Source of the DNA: Amoebophrya sp. A120
Lineage: Eukaryota; Protista; Dinoflagellata
Length of the DNA stretch: 48,719 nucleotides
NCBI GenBank assembly: GCA_905178155.1
Contig: CAJINV010000002.1
Location: 12,716,568-12,765,286 of the forward strand
Direction of reading: 5' to 3'
Position 1 is the stretch's first letter; every line of letters starts with the position of its first letter. The notes beneath the pieces were generated by a model, which saw only the letters and a list, made by a program, of their open reading frames with translations, made no database searches and had not been told where the DNA came from. The translations under genes and the position numbers were made by a program. Shown piece by piece: positions 38,701 through 48,383 of the stretch.

Positions 38701-40449
38701 CCCTCCCGCTGTGGGACCAAGGTAGTTACCAAAATCGCAACGCCAGCGCCGGATTTGTCGTCCCGTCTGCAGAGACGAAGCAAAGTAAAGAGCTGGTTCT
38801 GTTTTTGGTCCGATGTTTTTTTAGTTTTTCCTTAGAGGCTGTGCAACAATTGGACCCCCTTTCGCCAAGGCGAAAGGGGGGGGGGGAGGTAGGTTGGTCC
38901 AATTCCGGACGACGGGAGCTGGCTCCCCGACGCAAGGGGGGACGGAGGGGCCCCCCGGCGGTCTCGCCTCTCAACAATCGAACGCCCGGCGGCTCTTCTT
39001 CCTGTGGCGCCTTCGCATGGGGCAGCCAGGTGGTTACTCGGCATTAGGAGAACAGGCGTCCGCCACGAGCCATTTCTTTGCGTGCTATCTATCGGCGCGC
39101 TCCGAACCCGGCGCGCCGTAACATGTGGGGGCGGGCGGGACCAGGAGACCGCGCCGCTTTTTTTTTTCGCATTCCGCGCAGGGAGTCGCATCGGGGTGAT
39201 TGCGGGCCCCCCATGTGTTGACCCCTGGCTGCCCGTGCTGCTTGGGGGGGGTTTGGCAAGTGAGTCGGCGGGCACACGGGGCGTGCCCGAAGTTTCTTTG
39301 CCCCGTGTTGTGGGGCTCTGGCTCTGGCGGAGGAGGGGGGGAAACATGCGCGCTCCCTCAGGTCCGGCGAATGCAATGAGATACAATGTTCTGGGCCCGC
39401 CGTGCCGCCGTGGGTAAGGTTATGCCGCACGGCATGGCGGCCGCTTGAATATAGCGGCAAGGGGCGCGCGCAGCGCGCCCCGCAAAATTTGCTACATTAC
39501 GCGCGCGGGGCAACAAATAAAACGAACAAGACAAGGAAGCCTGTTCGGGTTATCGGCAGGGGGCGGGCACAGAGCGAATTTTTTTCGATTCCTGCAGCAC
39601 GAGCACAGGGCGCACCTCAAGGCCCTCTCGCAGCGTGCACGCGCGCCGCGCCGCAATTTTTTTTACTGCGCACGGCTCCCGGCGAAAGGGGGGGGGGAGG
39701 GGGGAGGTTGGTCTCCAGCGGGCCGTTACCCCCCCTTTCGCCATGGCGAAAGGGGGTCCAATTGTTGCACAGCCTCTTAGGCAACGTATTTGAACGTATT
39801 TTTGGAGCTGATCTATGCAACTGTGCCTGGGCCGCGAGACCACGATGAATACAAAAAAGTAAAAACTATCTCGGTCCACCTTTCAGGCCTGGAGCTTGCG
39901 CTGAACCGTCGTTCGGTTCTTCTCGGGGTGCTCTTTTCCCACTTGTGCTACTACCATCCCAAGGCTGTTACGTTCGAAGATACCAATACCGGGCTTGCGA
40001 ACCGCCTTGGCGTCTCGCTTCCGCAGCTCGAAAGTTTCCGGGACTTTCTTTTGCTCGAGATCTCCCCCGCAAATCAGGCGGGTGAAGGTCGTGGTTGTCA
40101 CGAAGTAGAGGTCGACATCTCCACGACTGGCGTTATTGGAGATGGTAGTTTTGCGCAACATCCTGCGCGCGCAAGGGAAATGAACCCCGCGACGGAGCGG
40201 GTCTGGAGCGTACTGGATGAATTTTCTTGGAACAGCCCCACCACCGCGGACGCAGAGTCCTCACCTGGTTGGCCTGCTACTACTACGCGAAGTCCTGGGG
40301 CCGTCGTTTTTGGGCTACCTGGCGTGGTGAAGCTGGGCTTCGTGCGCCTAGGCGGGTTTTGGTTCTTGTGGGCCAACGCCGTCAACAACTATCGGACGTG
40401 CCTGACCGACGTGGAAAATTTGCAGAACTATTTCTCCGCGCTTTTTTGA
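32746..40449 (+). CDS. Very large, mostly helical hypothetical protein with a degenerate EF-hand-like motif near the N-terminus
   Basis: Exons joined in frame across 34882-35015, elements 35995, 36815 and 37490, intron 38463-38571, and intron about 38808-39780. VFLFLDKAERGFLLRAEL resembles an EF-hand; Leu-rich amphipathic helices alternate with S/G/A linkers. Confidence 0.7.
35995..36149. mobile_element. Introner element
   Basis: TIR core TGCAAAAGTATCG(C/T)ACTCGTA; TAT..ATA ends; TSD GGTGC at 35990-35994 and 36150-36154. It can also be read as GT-AG intron 35991-36150. Confidence 0.88.
36815..37094. mobile_element. 280-bp introner element, copy 2 (same family as 6514-6793)
   Basis: Ungapped alignment to 6514-6793; TSD TGGAG at 36810-36814 and 37095-37099. 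Removal gives ..TPDG|ATCSLWP. Confidence 0.93.
37490..37731. mobile_element. Degenerate introner element
   Basis: TATC...GATA ends; TSD CTGTT at 37485-37489 and 37732-37736; residual inverted repeat GCTAGTTTGC/GCAAACTAGC. Removal restores ..DLTC|CCELLAEKV. Confidence 0.8.
38835..39776. mobile_element. 942-bp non-autonomous PIF/Harbinger (Tourist)-like MITE inside an intron
   Basis: 48-bp TIR GAGGCTGTGCAACAATTGGACCCCCTTTCGCCA(A/T)GGCGAAAGGGGGGG with one mismatch; TTA duplicated at 38832-38834 and 39777-39779. GC-rich interior with no transposase-like ORF. Superfamily inferred from the TTA TSD and G-initiated TIR. Confidence 0.85.
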
Positions 40450-41272
40450 CCACCTTGGCAGGTTGAATGATAGCTGAAAACGAAGGAGCAGTTCGTGGCA
40501 TTGCTGTAGAATGCTTTGTATCCATGTTAAGAAAGTTAGTGTCTCTACGTTTGCGCGGTGGAAAACGAAAAGTAAATTCACTAATAATGGTGCTTTGTAC
40601 AACATGCGAGTCGTTCATCACGTAGCGAGGATCTAGTGCGTTTTCTGTGCCGCCTTTAATTTACTCAGATGTGTCACAACTCTAGAAGCTGTATCCTGGT
40701 TTTCCATAGACAAAAGCGAATCCTGCAAAAAGGGCGCCTGATTGAATAAGGAGCAGAATTTTCAGAGCACTGCAAAAGTGCGTAAATCTTCACGGAAGAT
40801 AACGACAAGAAAGGTCAAGTGACAGAAGCGAGCATAAGCGATTACTGGACAATTCCTTCTGAACTGAGTAGGTACCCATGTGAAAAAAGAACAATGCGGT
40901 CCAGTGTCTTTTTGGTTGAAGTACTTTTTTCGAAGACAAAGTTGGCACAGAACATCGAAAACAACAGCGACAAATGAAGTTTTAGTCCCGGTCCGGACCA
41001 GCGTGAAAATCAATGAAGCTGGCCACGCTATTGAAGTGGACTTGTGGTGTTGCGACCTCCTGCTCGGAAGCCTCTTTGTCTTGTTTGCAATTACTAGTCC
41101 CGCTACATGTCATCTCCAGGGATCCATCAACCTCTGTGCATGGCTTCTGATCTTCATTGAAAACGGCAAGATTCTGACGCTACATTTTCTACCGCTGTGC
41201 AAGGTTTATTGTGTATGCGTGGCGCGATGCATTGGCTCACTTTTTGAAAGTTTGTCAGTTACGAATAAAAAT

Positions 41273-44062
41273 ATGGCCGTTGACTCCGATGGTGGCTCGT
41301 CCGACTCGGGTCGTTCCCCATTGAAGGCACACGTCCCCAGCACAGGACCACCTTCGAGCGGCAAAAATGTGGATGACGATGCTGCCCCAAGACAGCCTCT
41401 TTTTTTTGCCAACAGGCTGAAGGGGTACACTTGCAGCAGCAACGATTACCAAATCCGTTTCGTGGACCGCGATTGCGAAATTTTGGAGCGAGATGTAAAC
41501 GACGACAATTTATGTCTTTCGCTGGAGGACCTGGTGCCGAAGTATTCCCTCAAAATTAACCATGCCCATCCAATTTGTCATGCAAAACATGTAGTAAAAA
41601 GTGTGTTTGTCATGCAAAAAGTGGATGAGGATGGTGAATTTTCAGGGAATACGAAGCGGGCCGAGGGGAAAAAGCTTCTTCGCGTCCTGGTCACCTCTTA
41701 CGAAGTTCCAGACTCCGCGAGCTTGCTCCGTCGGATTGGCGTGCACGACGGGGAGGTAATGACGGTGCCAACTTCGCTGCTATTGATGCCGAAAGAAAAT
41801 ATCGACGCATTTTCGGAGTTGCGCATGGTCAAAAGCGACGAGGATCCCCAGGGCCTGCTGGAGATTTTCTACCCCGGGTCGGAATCTTTTGCAGCTGGCA
41901 ATCATACGCACGAAGATACCGCGGCAGGTGCAGGTGCCGACACATCAAGTCTACTTGAGCAGCCAGATCTGTATCAGAGGAAGTGCCGGTCGCATCGATC
42001 CATCACGGGGCACCACACGAAGATTCTCGCTTTTCACTACGGAGTAGTGGAGGAATTACCAACGAAGAGTTGTCAGTACAAAAGAACAGGTGATTTCGAA
42101 AAGGAGTGGGTCCGCCTGGTCATCACCTCGGCAAATTTTCACACGGAGTACTGGGACTACACCAACGAAGTGGTATGGGTCCGCGATATTCCGCTCGGGC
42201 AGACACCCAGTAAGAAAATCGCGGGAGCAGCATCAGGAAACTCCGAACCAGATGAATGCGAAAATTGTAGAAACGGTCCAAGGGATCTTTTCGCCGACGC
42301 GCTGAAGCACCCTTTCGCGCGGTCGTGTCTGAAAATGCTCTGTCATCTGCTACCAGAACCTGTAGAGGACCAGTCTCGTATGACCGCTGCGTGGCACGGT
42401 ATACTGTTCCGGCTGGACTGGTTTGCAGCAATTGCTCCCCACGAGCAGTGTGTTGTCAGTGTCGCGGCGAGCCAACCACGCTACAACTACTACGCTGAGG
42501 AACGAGATGGACGGCGGTACCTAGAACGTCTGTGGGCGTGCGGGAGGTGGACTTCCAGCCTAGGAAAAGATCACGGCTCTCCGAAACGTAATCTGTCTTT
42601 ATCGGCCGATCAGGGGTCGTTCGAGGCTGCGCTGGAGGATTTCTACCGTTGCCAGTCGCGCGTTGGAGTCGACGTCTCTGACCACACTGGCCCTTCGCTG
42701 TTCGAAGACACTGACGGCAATACTTTGACTGTGGTGCGGCTCGGCGTGGATGATCCCTCTGAGGTCGAGAAGCTGGTTCGCCCACTCGGGGCCGAAAACA
42801 TAAGGCACCAGATTCGCCACCACCGCCCGGTGAGCGTGGAGCGGTCCTTTGCACCCGCGTACCAACCTGAGTTCGTGGAAGCGCTGGTCACGGTGACCGA
42901 TTCGCAGGCCTGCGAGTTGGATGTTGCAGCTAGGGTGGCGCTGTGCCGAGCACTTTGGTTACCTAACGGATTGGAGAGCGTTTCCATTTTCTGTGCTCCG
43001 TCACCGAAAAAGCCAGACGCGTCACCGGCAGCAACGAGGACGGCTTTCGTGGTGACAGGGAGCCCGCTGCGCAACTACGCAGAGCCCCACGGCATCCTGG
43101 TCAGCGGCCCATCTACTTCCGCGTGGGCAGGCCGGTACTACGCTAGAGGGTGGACGGAAAGGGAGCGAGCCTCCGAGACGCGATACTACCACAGATCGGG
43201 GAAGCAGATAATACGTACCGACTACGCATGGTCCCGGAGGTACAGTGAGGACTGGTTCGACTTCCTCGAGCCAGACCCGAACGACCCGTTTAACGGAGAC
43301 GACACTGCGAGAAAGGGCGGCTGCTACATCAAGCGGCGCGGGATTAATCGAGAACCGCAGGAGATCGGGGGGACCTCGGGCTCCCTTGCGCAGTGTTTTG
43401 TCAAAGAGATGCCGCAGACCTTTCTGCGCGACTGGGCGACCGAAGCGGGTCTTTGGGACATTCACTTCTTGATCACGCGGTTTCTTTCGGATAAGTTCCA
43501 CTCTTCCCGGTACGCCGGACAGGAGAAGGTACTCAGTATGCGCACCTACAAAGCGCAACCGTTACTCACCGAACGCGAAAAAGTCAGGGCTCACCAGAAA
43601 ATCATTCTATGTGTTGACCATTCGTGTGTTTGGCACGATGAGACGCAGGTTCCCAGAGCAGCAGGGTTTGTATATCTGGGCTCGCATAACTTCAACTCCC
43701 ACAGCTGGGGCGTGGTGCGGCGAGAACGCGTCGGGGATTTGTGGATCAGGCCAAATACGCTAGGGCGCCGCGATGCGGAACCAGATCACCTCGAGCTTGA
43801 TTGGGTTGTGGTGGACAATAATGAAATCGGTGTGGTTATCAACTTCGGGACACATCATCACACGAATCGGGTGCAACCGAGCCTCCAGCGAAAGAATTTT
43901 GTTTGTTCCGAGCGAAGTGCCCGGCGGTGTCCTCGTTCTCCTTCTCTATTCCTACCGCCGCCGATCGCTCCTTCCTACGATGATGTTCTTGCGTGCCTTC
44001 CTTTCGATCCCGACGGCGCGGTGGAGCTCGGCGTTGTAGCGGGAAACAGGCACACGGAATAG
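41273..44062 (+). CDS. TDP1: Tyrosyl-DNA phosphodiesterase 1-like (PLD superfamily)
   Basis: Two HxK..N motifs in TDP1 context: GHHTKIL..VRLVITSANF..W..VVWVRDIP and AHQKII..FVYLGSHNFNSHSWG..NNEIGVVI. N-terminal LSLEDLV..VLVTSY. First in-frame ATG at 41273. Confidence 0.8.
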   Translation: MAVDSDGGSSDSGRSPLKAHVPSTGPPSSGKNVDDDAAPRQPLFFANRLKGYTCSSNDYQIRFVDRDCEILERDVNDDNLCLSLEDLVPKYSLKINHAHPICHAKHVVKSVFVMQKVDEDGEFSGNTKRAEGKKLLRVLVTSYEVPDSASLLRRIGVHDGEVMTVPTSLLLMPKENIDAFSELRMVKSDEDPQGLLEIFYPGSESFAAGNHTHEDTAAGAGADTSSLLEQPDLYQRKCRSHRSITGHHTKILAFHYGVVEELPTKSCQYKRTGDFEKEWVRLVITSANFHTEYWDYTNEVVWVRDIPLGQTPSKKIAGAASGNSEPDECENCRNGPRDLFADALKHPFARSCLKMLCHLLPEPVEDQSRMTAAWHGILFRLDWFAAIAPHEQCVVSVAASQPRYNYYAEERDGRRYLERLWACGRWTSSLGKDHGSPKRNLSLSADQGSFEAALEDFYRCQSRVGVDVSDHTGPSLFEDTDGNTLTVVRLGVDDPSEVEKLVRPLGAENIRHQIRHHRPVSVERSFAPAYQPEFVEALVTVTDSQACELDVAARVALCRALWLPNGLESVSIFCAPSPKKPDASPAATRTAFVVTGSPLRNYAEPHGILVSGPSTSAWAGRYYARGWTERERASETRYYHRSGKQIIRTDYAWSRRYSEDWFDFLEPDPNDPFNGDDTARKGGCYIKRRGINREPQEIGGTSGSLAQCFVKEMPQTFLRDWATEAGLWDIHFLITRFLSDKFHSSRYAGQEKVLSMRTYKAQPLLTEREKVRAHQKIILCVDHSCVWHDETQVPRAAGFVYLGSHNFNSHSWGVVRRERVGDLWIRPNTLGRRDAEPDHLELDWVVVDNNEIGVVINFGTHHHTNRVQPSLQRKNFVCSERSARRCPRSPSLFLPPPIAPSYDDVLACLPFDPDGAVELGVVAGNRHTE
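41543..41651. mobile_element. 109-bp introner element, in-frame and stop-free
   Basis: TIR TATTCCCTCAAAATTAACCAT.. / ..ATGGTGAATTTTCAGGGAATA; TSD CGAAG at 41538-41542 and 41652-41656. Confidence 0.92.
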
Positions 44063-44779
44063 TAAAAGCGTGAGGTTCCACACGGACACGTGGTCCGCTT
44101 GCGAACATGGATGAAGAGATAGCGCAACGATCGGCTCCTTGAGTACTAGATGAAAAAAATGCTGTCGAGATTTTTCTGTAGAAGAGCTGCATGCTACTTC
44201 TGCTCTGTCTTGTTTGATTGTTTGTAGGCTTCGAGAATCGCCTCAGATTCCGTGCATATTCGATCCCCAAATATTGACATGGTTGGCAAATAAAATCATC
44301 GCAGACTCTCTACTCCCGTTGAAAAAGCAGAAGCGATACGAAGGACGGTGCGCTTATATCTATTGTTCTTTAGCAGGCAGTTGGTGTTCTGCTTGGTAGC
44401 TCGGTGCACTCTTTATGACGCTACTAGCAACAGAAGCGTATGGTTCGAAACGGCCTATATGTCGCTTGATGAAAAAACAAACCAATCACAGACTAGATAA
44501 ATTTCCAAGTCTGCGCTATTTTGACGATACTTTTATTTTGAAATTCGCACGCACTAAGAAAGTCGTCCGCGTAAACCGTTTGTTTCGTAGTTTCAATGGT
44601 CGTGCCTAAAGAACAAAACGACGAAATAGTTCTCACCATCCCTGTCGTGGTCGCATCGTCGGCGTTTCGTTTACGGCTTTTGTAAATCGTACTACCAATG
44701 CGTGGCTGTCGTTGTTGGTTACGGTAGACGCACGTACTCCTACAGCTGTACAACTGCTATCCTCTTTGCATATTTTCGA

Positions 44780-44816
44780 ACGGTTGAAAGACGTTCCGCA
44801 CGGTTGAAAGACGTTC
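44780..44816. repeat. 17-bp direct repeat, period 20 (intergenic)
   Basis: ACGGTTGAAAGACGTTC at 44780-44796 and 44800-44816. Confidence 0.85.
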
Positions 44817-45108
44817 ATGACCCAATAGTTACGGGCACCATGTTGGACGTCTCAAATCCGTACTTTTCCGCCCCTGGTCCCCGTCTCGCACACGCACCTA
44901 TTGCCCGTCTGAGGTTGAAAGATTCCCTCAGGCTCCTGCAGTTCCTCGTGTTAGTAGAAGTTTTTCAAGATTCTGATTCATTCGTGAGCCATGTTCGTTT
45001 GTACATCTTCAAGTTCGATACAATAGTTAACTGTATCACCCCACAACGACCACATGCGCATTGTGATTTTTCTCAACTTTTGAAGCTAGCACTTCCACTT
45101 GCAAGCAG

Positions 45109-46194
45109 ATGTCGTCGGACACAACTCCTGTTGGTGGTGGGGAAGATGCCAAAGCAAGCGTGGGCGTGCTTGAGCGGGCAGGCAGTTCTGTTCACAACAA
45201 GCAGGAGACGCACATTTTGGGTGTGACCGAAGGTTTTCCTCCTGGCACCACCAGACCCGCATCGGTTCCAGACGCGACCGCTATTTCTGTCCCCGCGAAT
45301 TACGGGACGGCGGAAGCGCAAGAACCTCTCTTGCAACTGCAGCAAGAGCAGGCCGCCAACGGCATGAACAATATGACGCAACCAATATACGGTCCCGACG
45401 GGTTTCCGATCGGGTATAGTACCGGTACGGCGACTCCCGCGCAACCCATCTACGGCCCGGACGGCTTTCCGATAGGGTACAACGGGACTGCAACCTCGCT
45501 ACCGGCCCTCCCTCCCGGTACATCCACCGAGGTAGTCGCGGGAGGGACGGAAGGCACTGGGCAGCCCGGACTCAATTCCCCGCCCGGCGGCCTCGCGCCG
45601 GGCCAGGGTGCGATCGCCCCGCCGCCGTTCGGGCAGCCGGGAGGGGGAATGGCTATTTTGCAACCCGTACAACATTCGCCGGGCGTCAAGCCACGCAAAG
45701 ACAAAGATTCCACCTTGATCTGGCAAATCACTGGTGGTGCGTGCCTATGCTGTTTGGTGTGCGTGGTTTTACCGATCGTGTGGTGCATCGTTGATGGCTG
45801 CCTTTACAAGCGCATTTGCGACCAAACCAACAACACGGGAAATTCTTCGAGTTACTCTTCAACTATAAAAAAGAAAGCGTCTAGTCTCATCAGCGTCTGC
45901 ATGTGCCGGGTGGAACATTTGATTCTTTCAAACAGGAAAGAAGGGAACGGCGAGAAGTTTGGTTGCCTAGGAAATTCCGCGGTCCCCTAGAAGAAAAGCC
46001 TATGCGCAAGCAGAATTGTCTCATACATGTTGTACCAGATCGAACCTCGCTGCTTCTGTAGTGCGCTGAGCGCACACTAACTTCATTTCGGATTAGGATT
46101 AAGTGCTTTTTTTATGTATTCATTTTGTACCGCGGTATCAAACCGACATGCATCAGAAGTTGAAGTAAAATACTGGCCCGAAGCACGACGCTGA
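45109..46194 (+). CDS. Pro/Gly-rich single-pass membrane protein with Cys-rich TM and duplicated QPIYGPDGFPIGY motif
   Basis: ORF from 45109; TM GGACLCCLVCVVLPIVWCIV. A tentative non-canonical intron 45863-46117 gives ..SYSS|NSFCTAV..WPEARR*; otherwise the ORF stops at 45990. Confidence 0.65.
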
Positions 46195-47869
46195 GGCACC
46201 AGCACCCTTTCGCACTTTCATACGCGGCCGCAGGAGGGTTTCTTCAAGCCGAAGAAGGAGCATCTTTTCATCAATGTCGAGCCGCAGGAGCAGCAGCAGG
46301 AGTCGCAGAAGCTCGAGCTCGATGTTGTCTCTTCCTGTTTCCGCCGGCCCAGCAGCTGCGGAGTCTCCAATCCACCACGGGGGTTTCGCTGGTGATAACA
46401 GGACCTTGTTGTCCATTGCCGCGCGTCGGCGGAATATGAATCCTGTCGCTCTTTGGGCCGAACACGCCGCAAGCGGTCGCCGAAAAAATGCGATGTCTTT
46501 TCTTGCGTCCGCAAGCGCGGTCAGCTCGCGCAGACGTCAGGATGAGCATGTACCTGTAGTTTGAATAGAAGTGTGAATTTCATATGCGCAGTCATGAAAA
46601 TTCTGAAGTCGGCTTTTCCGTGGCCCGAAGAACAGCTTCTATCTTGGACGATTCCCTGTCGTGCAACAAGTTTTAGCATTTTGTCAATAAGGAGACTCGG
46701 AATCCGTTGCAGTTCCTGTTTGTAGCGGTGACTGTTTGATATTGATGAGGGTTACACTGACTAAGACTAACATGAAACGGAACTACATCCATGTCATCGA
46801 TGGAAAAGCAGCACTTGACAGCAGCAGTCTTGCGTGTGTTGCAAGGAAACAGAGTGAGTGCAATTGTGTTCCTCGAGCCTGTGATGTTGCTGTGCCATTC
46901 GCTGGAGCGAGAGCAGAGAAAACAGTTCTTCGCGTGGAGAAGAAAGTAAGTGTGTACCCCTAGTATGCATTTGGTGTCCTTTGTGTTTATTGTCTTAGTC
47001 TTTGCACCAAATGATAAATAAGAATAGAAGTAAGCAGCACTAAAAGAACCTACCTGCCGTGGTAGAGCTTCTGGCTGATTCCCATGTGAGCAAACAGTGT
47101 GTTGTTCCGAGAAATGCCATACGAGTAATTCTGAAACACAGCAGCTCCCTTTCTTCTTCTTGAGGTCTACTCACCTGAAGAGCCTCGATAGCACCCTCCC
47201 GATATACATATAAGTACCGTATCCTAACAGAGCTATTCCTATTGTGCTTGACCTTGAACTTACTTGGTCTCGACGGTGCCACAGCAAAAAGTGCATCGTA
47301 TAGTTGTTCCGAGTCAGTTTCGTTTGAATTTGCTGGTTTGCTTCTCGGCCTGTTCCCGGTTATCTTCTATCTTGGCCCTGGACGACCTTTGGATCGAGCT
47401 TTCTACAGATAGATTTTTCTGTGCATCTTCGCCCGTGTTTTGACACAGTTTCTCCAGTTACAAGTAGCTGCCTCTCGGAAACAACGCAAGATCTAGAATA
47501 ACCAGAACGAAGAGTAAGTGGCTCGGTGTTTATTATAGCTGTCCCCTATGTGTATGTGACGTGATGTTCATGTTGCTCGGATATTTTTCATTGAGTTTTG
47601 ATTAAGCATACCTTCTTCGCTTCTTCTGTGGTTCAGTAACAAAATACCAAGTACTCAAACTACTTGATCTACTTCTTGTTCTGCTTTGTCTTGGTGCTAC
47701 TCGGTGTTGATGGTTGATAATTAAATCAGAAGAGACGTCGTGATTGGCCATATTTCACCAACAACAATAGTGACGACGTCAGTGGTTCCACGACTTTCGG
47801 GTCTCCCCACGTTCTTCTCTTTCGGAAGCACGGTTAGCACACGACTTTCGTCGTAGCTCCATTTCGAAA

Positions 47870-48383
47870 ATGACCGACATTCGTCCGCCGAAGGAGGGGT
47901 GCTTTCTGTTCACCTCGGAATCGGTGAATGAAGGCCACCCGGATAAAATCTGCGACCAAGTTTCTGACGCGGTTCTGGATGCCTGCTTGAAACAAGATCC
48001 CGATAGCAAGGTACGTGGCTGGGCACAAGCATTTTGAAGATTCCTCAGCAGCTACCGCAAAAAATTTAGACTTCGACAGCATGAGAAATTTAACTGATAA
48101 CATAATGTTCTGTTTTTATGTGTATGTCCCTCGTCCTCGCCATCATGAGAAGGGAAGCGTCGACGTGCTTTTTCTCCGCTGTGCACTGTAGTTTTGCCTT
48201 TGCGTATGAAGATGTCCGAAGATTAATTACCCTCAACAATCCAATTTCAGGTTGCGTGTGAAACCTGCACAAAAACCGGGATGGTGATGGTGTTTGGGGA
48301 GATCACGACAAAGGCAAACATCGACTACGAGGCGGTCGTGCGCCAAGCGTGCAAGGACATCGGTTACGATTCCGTGGACAAGG
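47870..48383 (+). CDS. MAT: S-adenosylmethionine synthetase (MAT), first two exons; continues beyond window
   Basis: Exon 47870-48010 [47 protein letters not shown]; GT-AG intron 48011-48250; exon [45 protein letters not shown]; donor at 48384. Missed by the ORF track. Confidence 0.96.

Noticed and set aside
40880-41272. N-terminal 131 aa of the 1060-aa ORF
   Set aside because: GTG start and non-coding-like composition; a eukaryotic start at ATG 41273 is more plausible.
47340-47351. GCTTCTCGGCCT resembling the U2 snRNA 5' end
   Set aside because: Only 12 nt match; the downstream U2 branch-pairing sequence GTGTAGTA is absent.
9368-48383. Apparent methylation theme (YTH reader, FkbM methyltransferase, MAT)
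   Set aside because: Genes are far apart, interspersed with unrelated genes and act in different processes; no evidence of a functional cluster.
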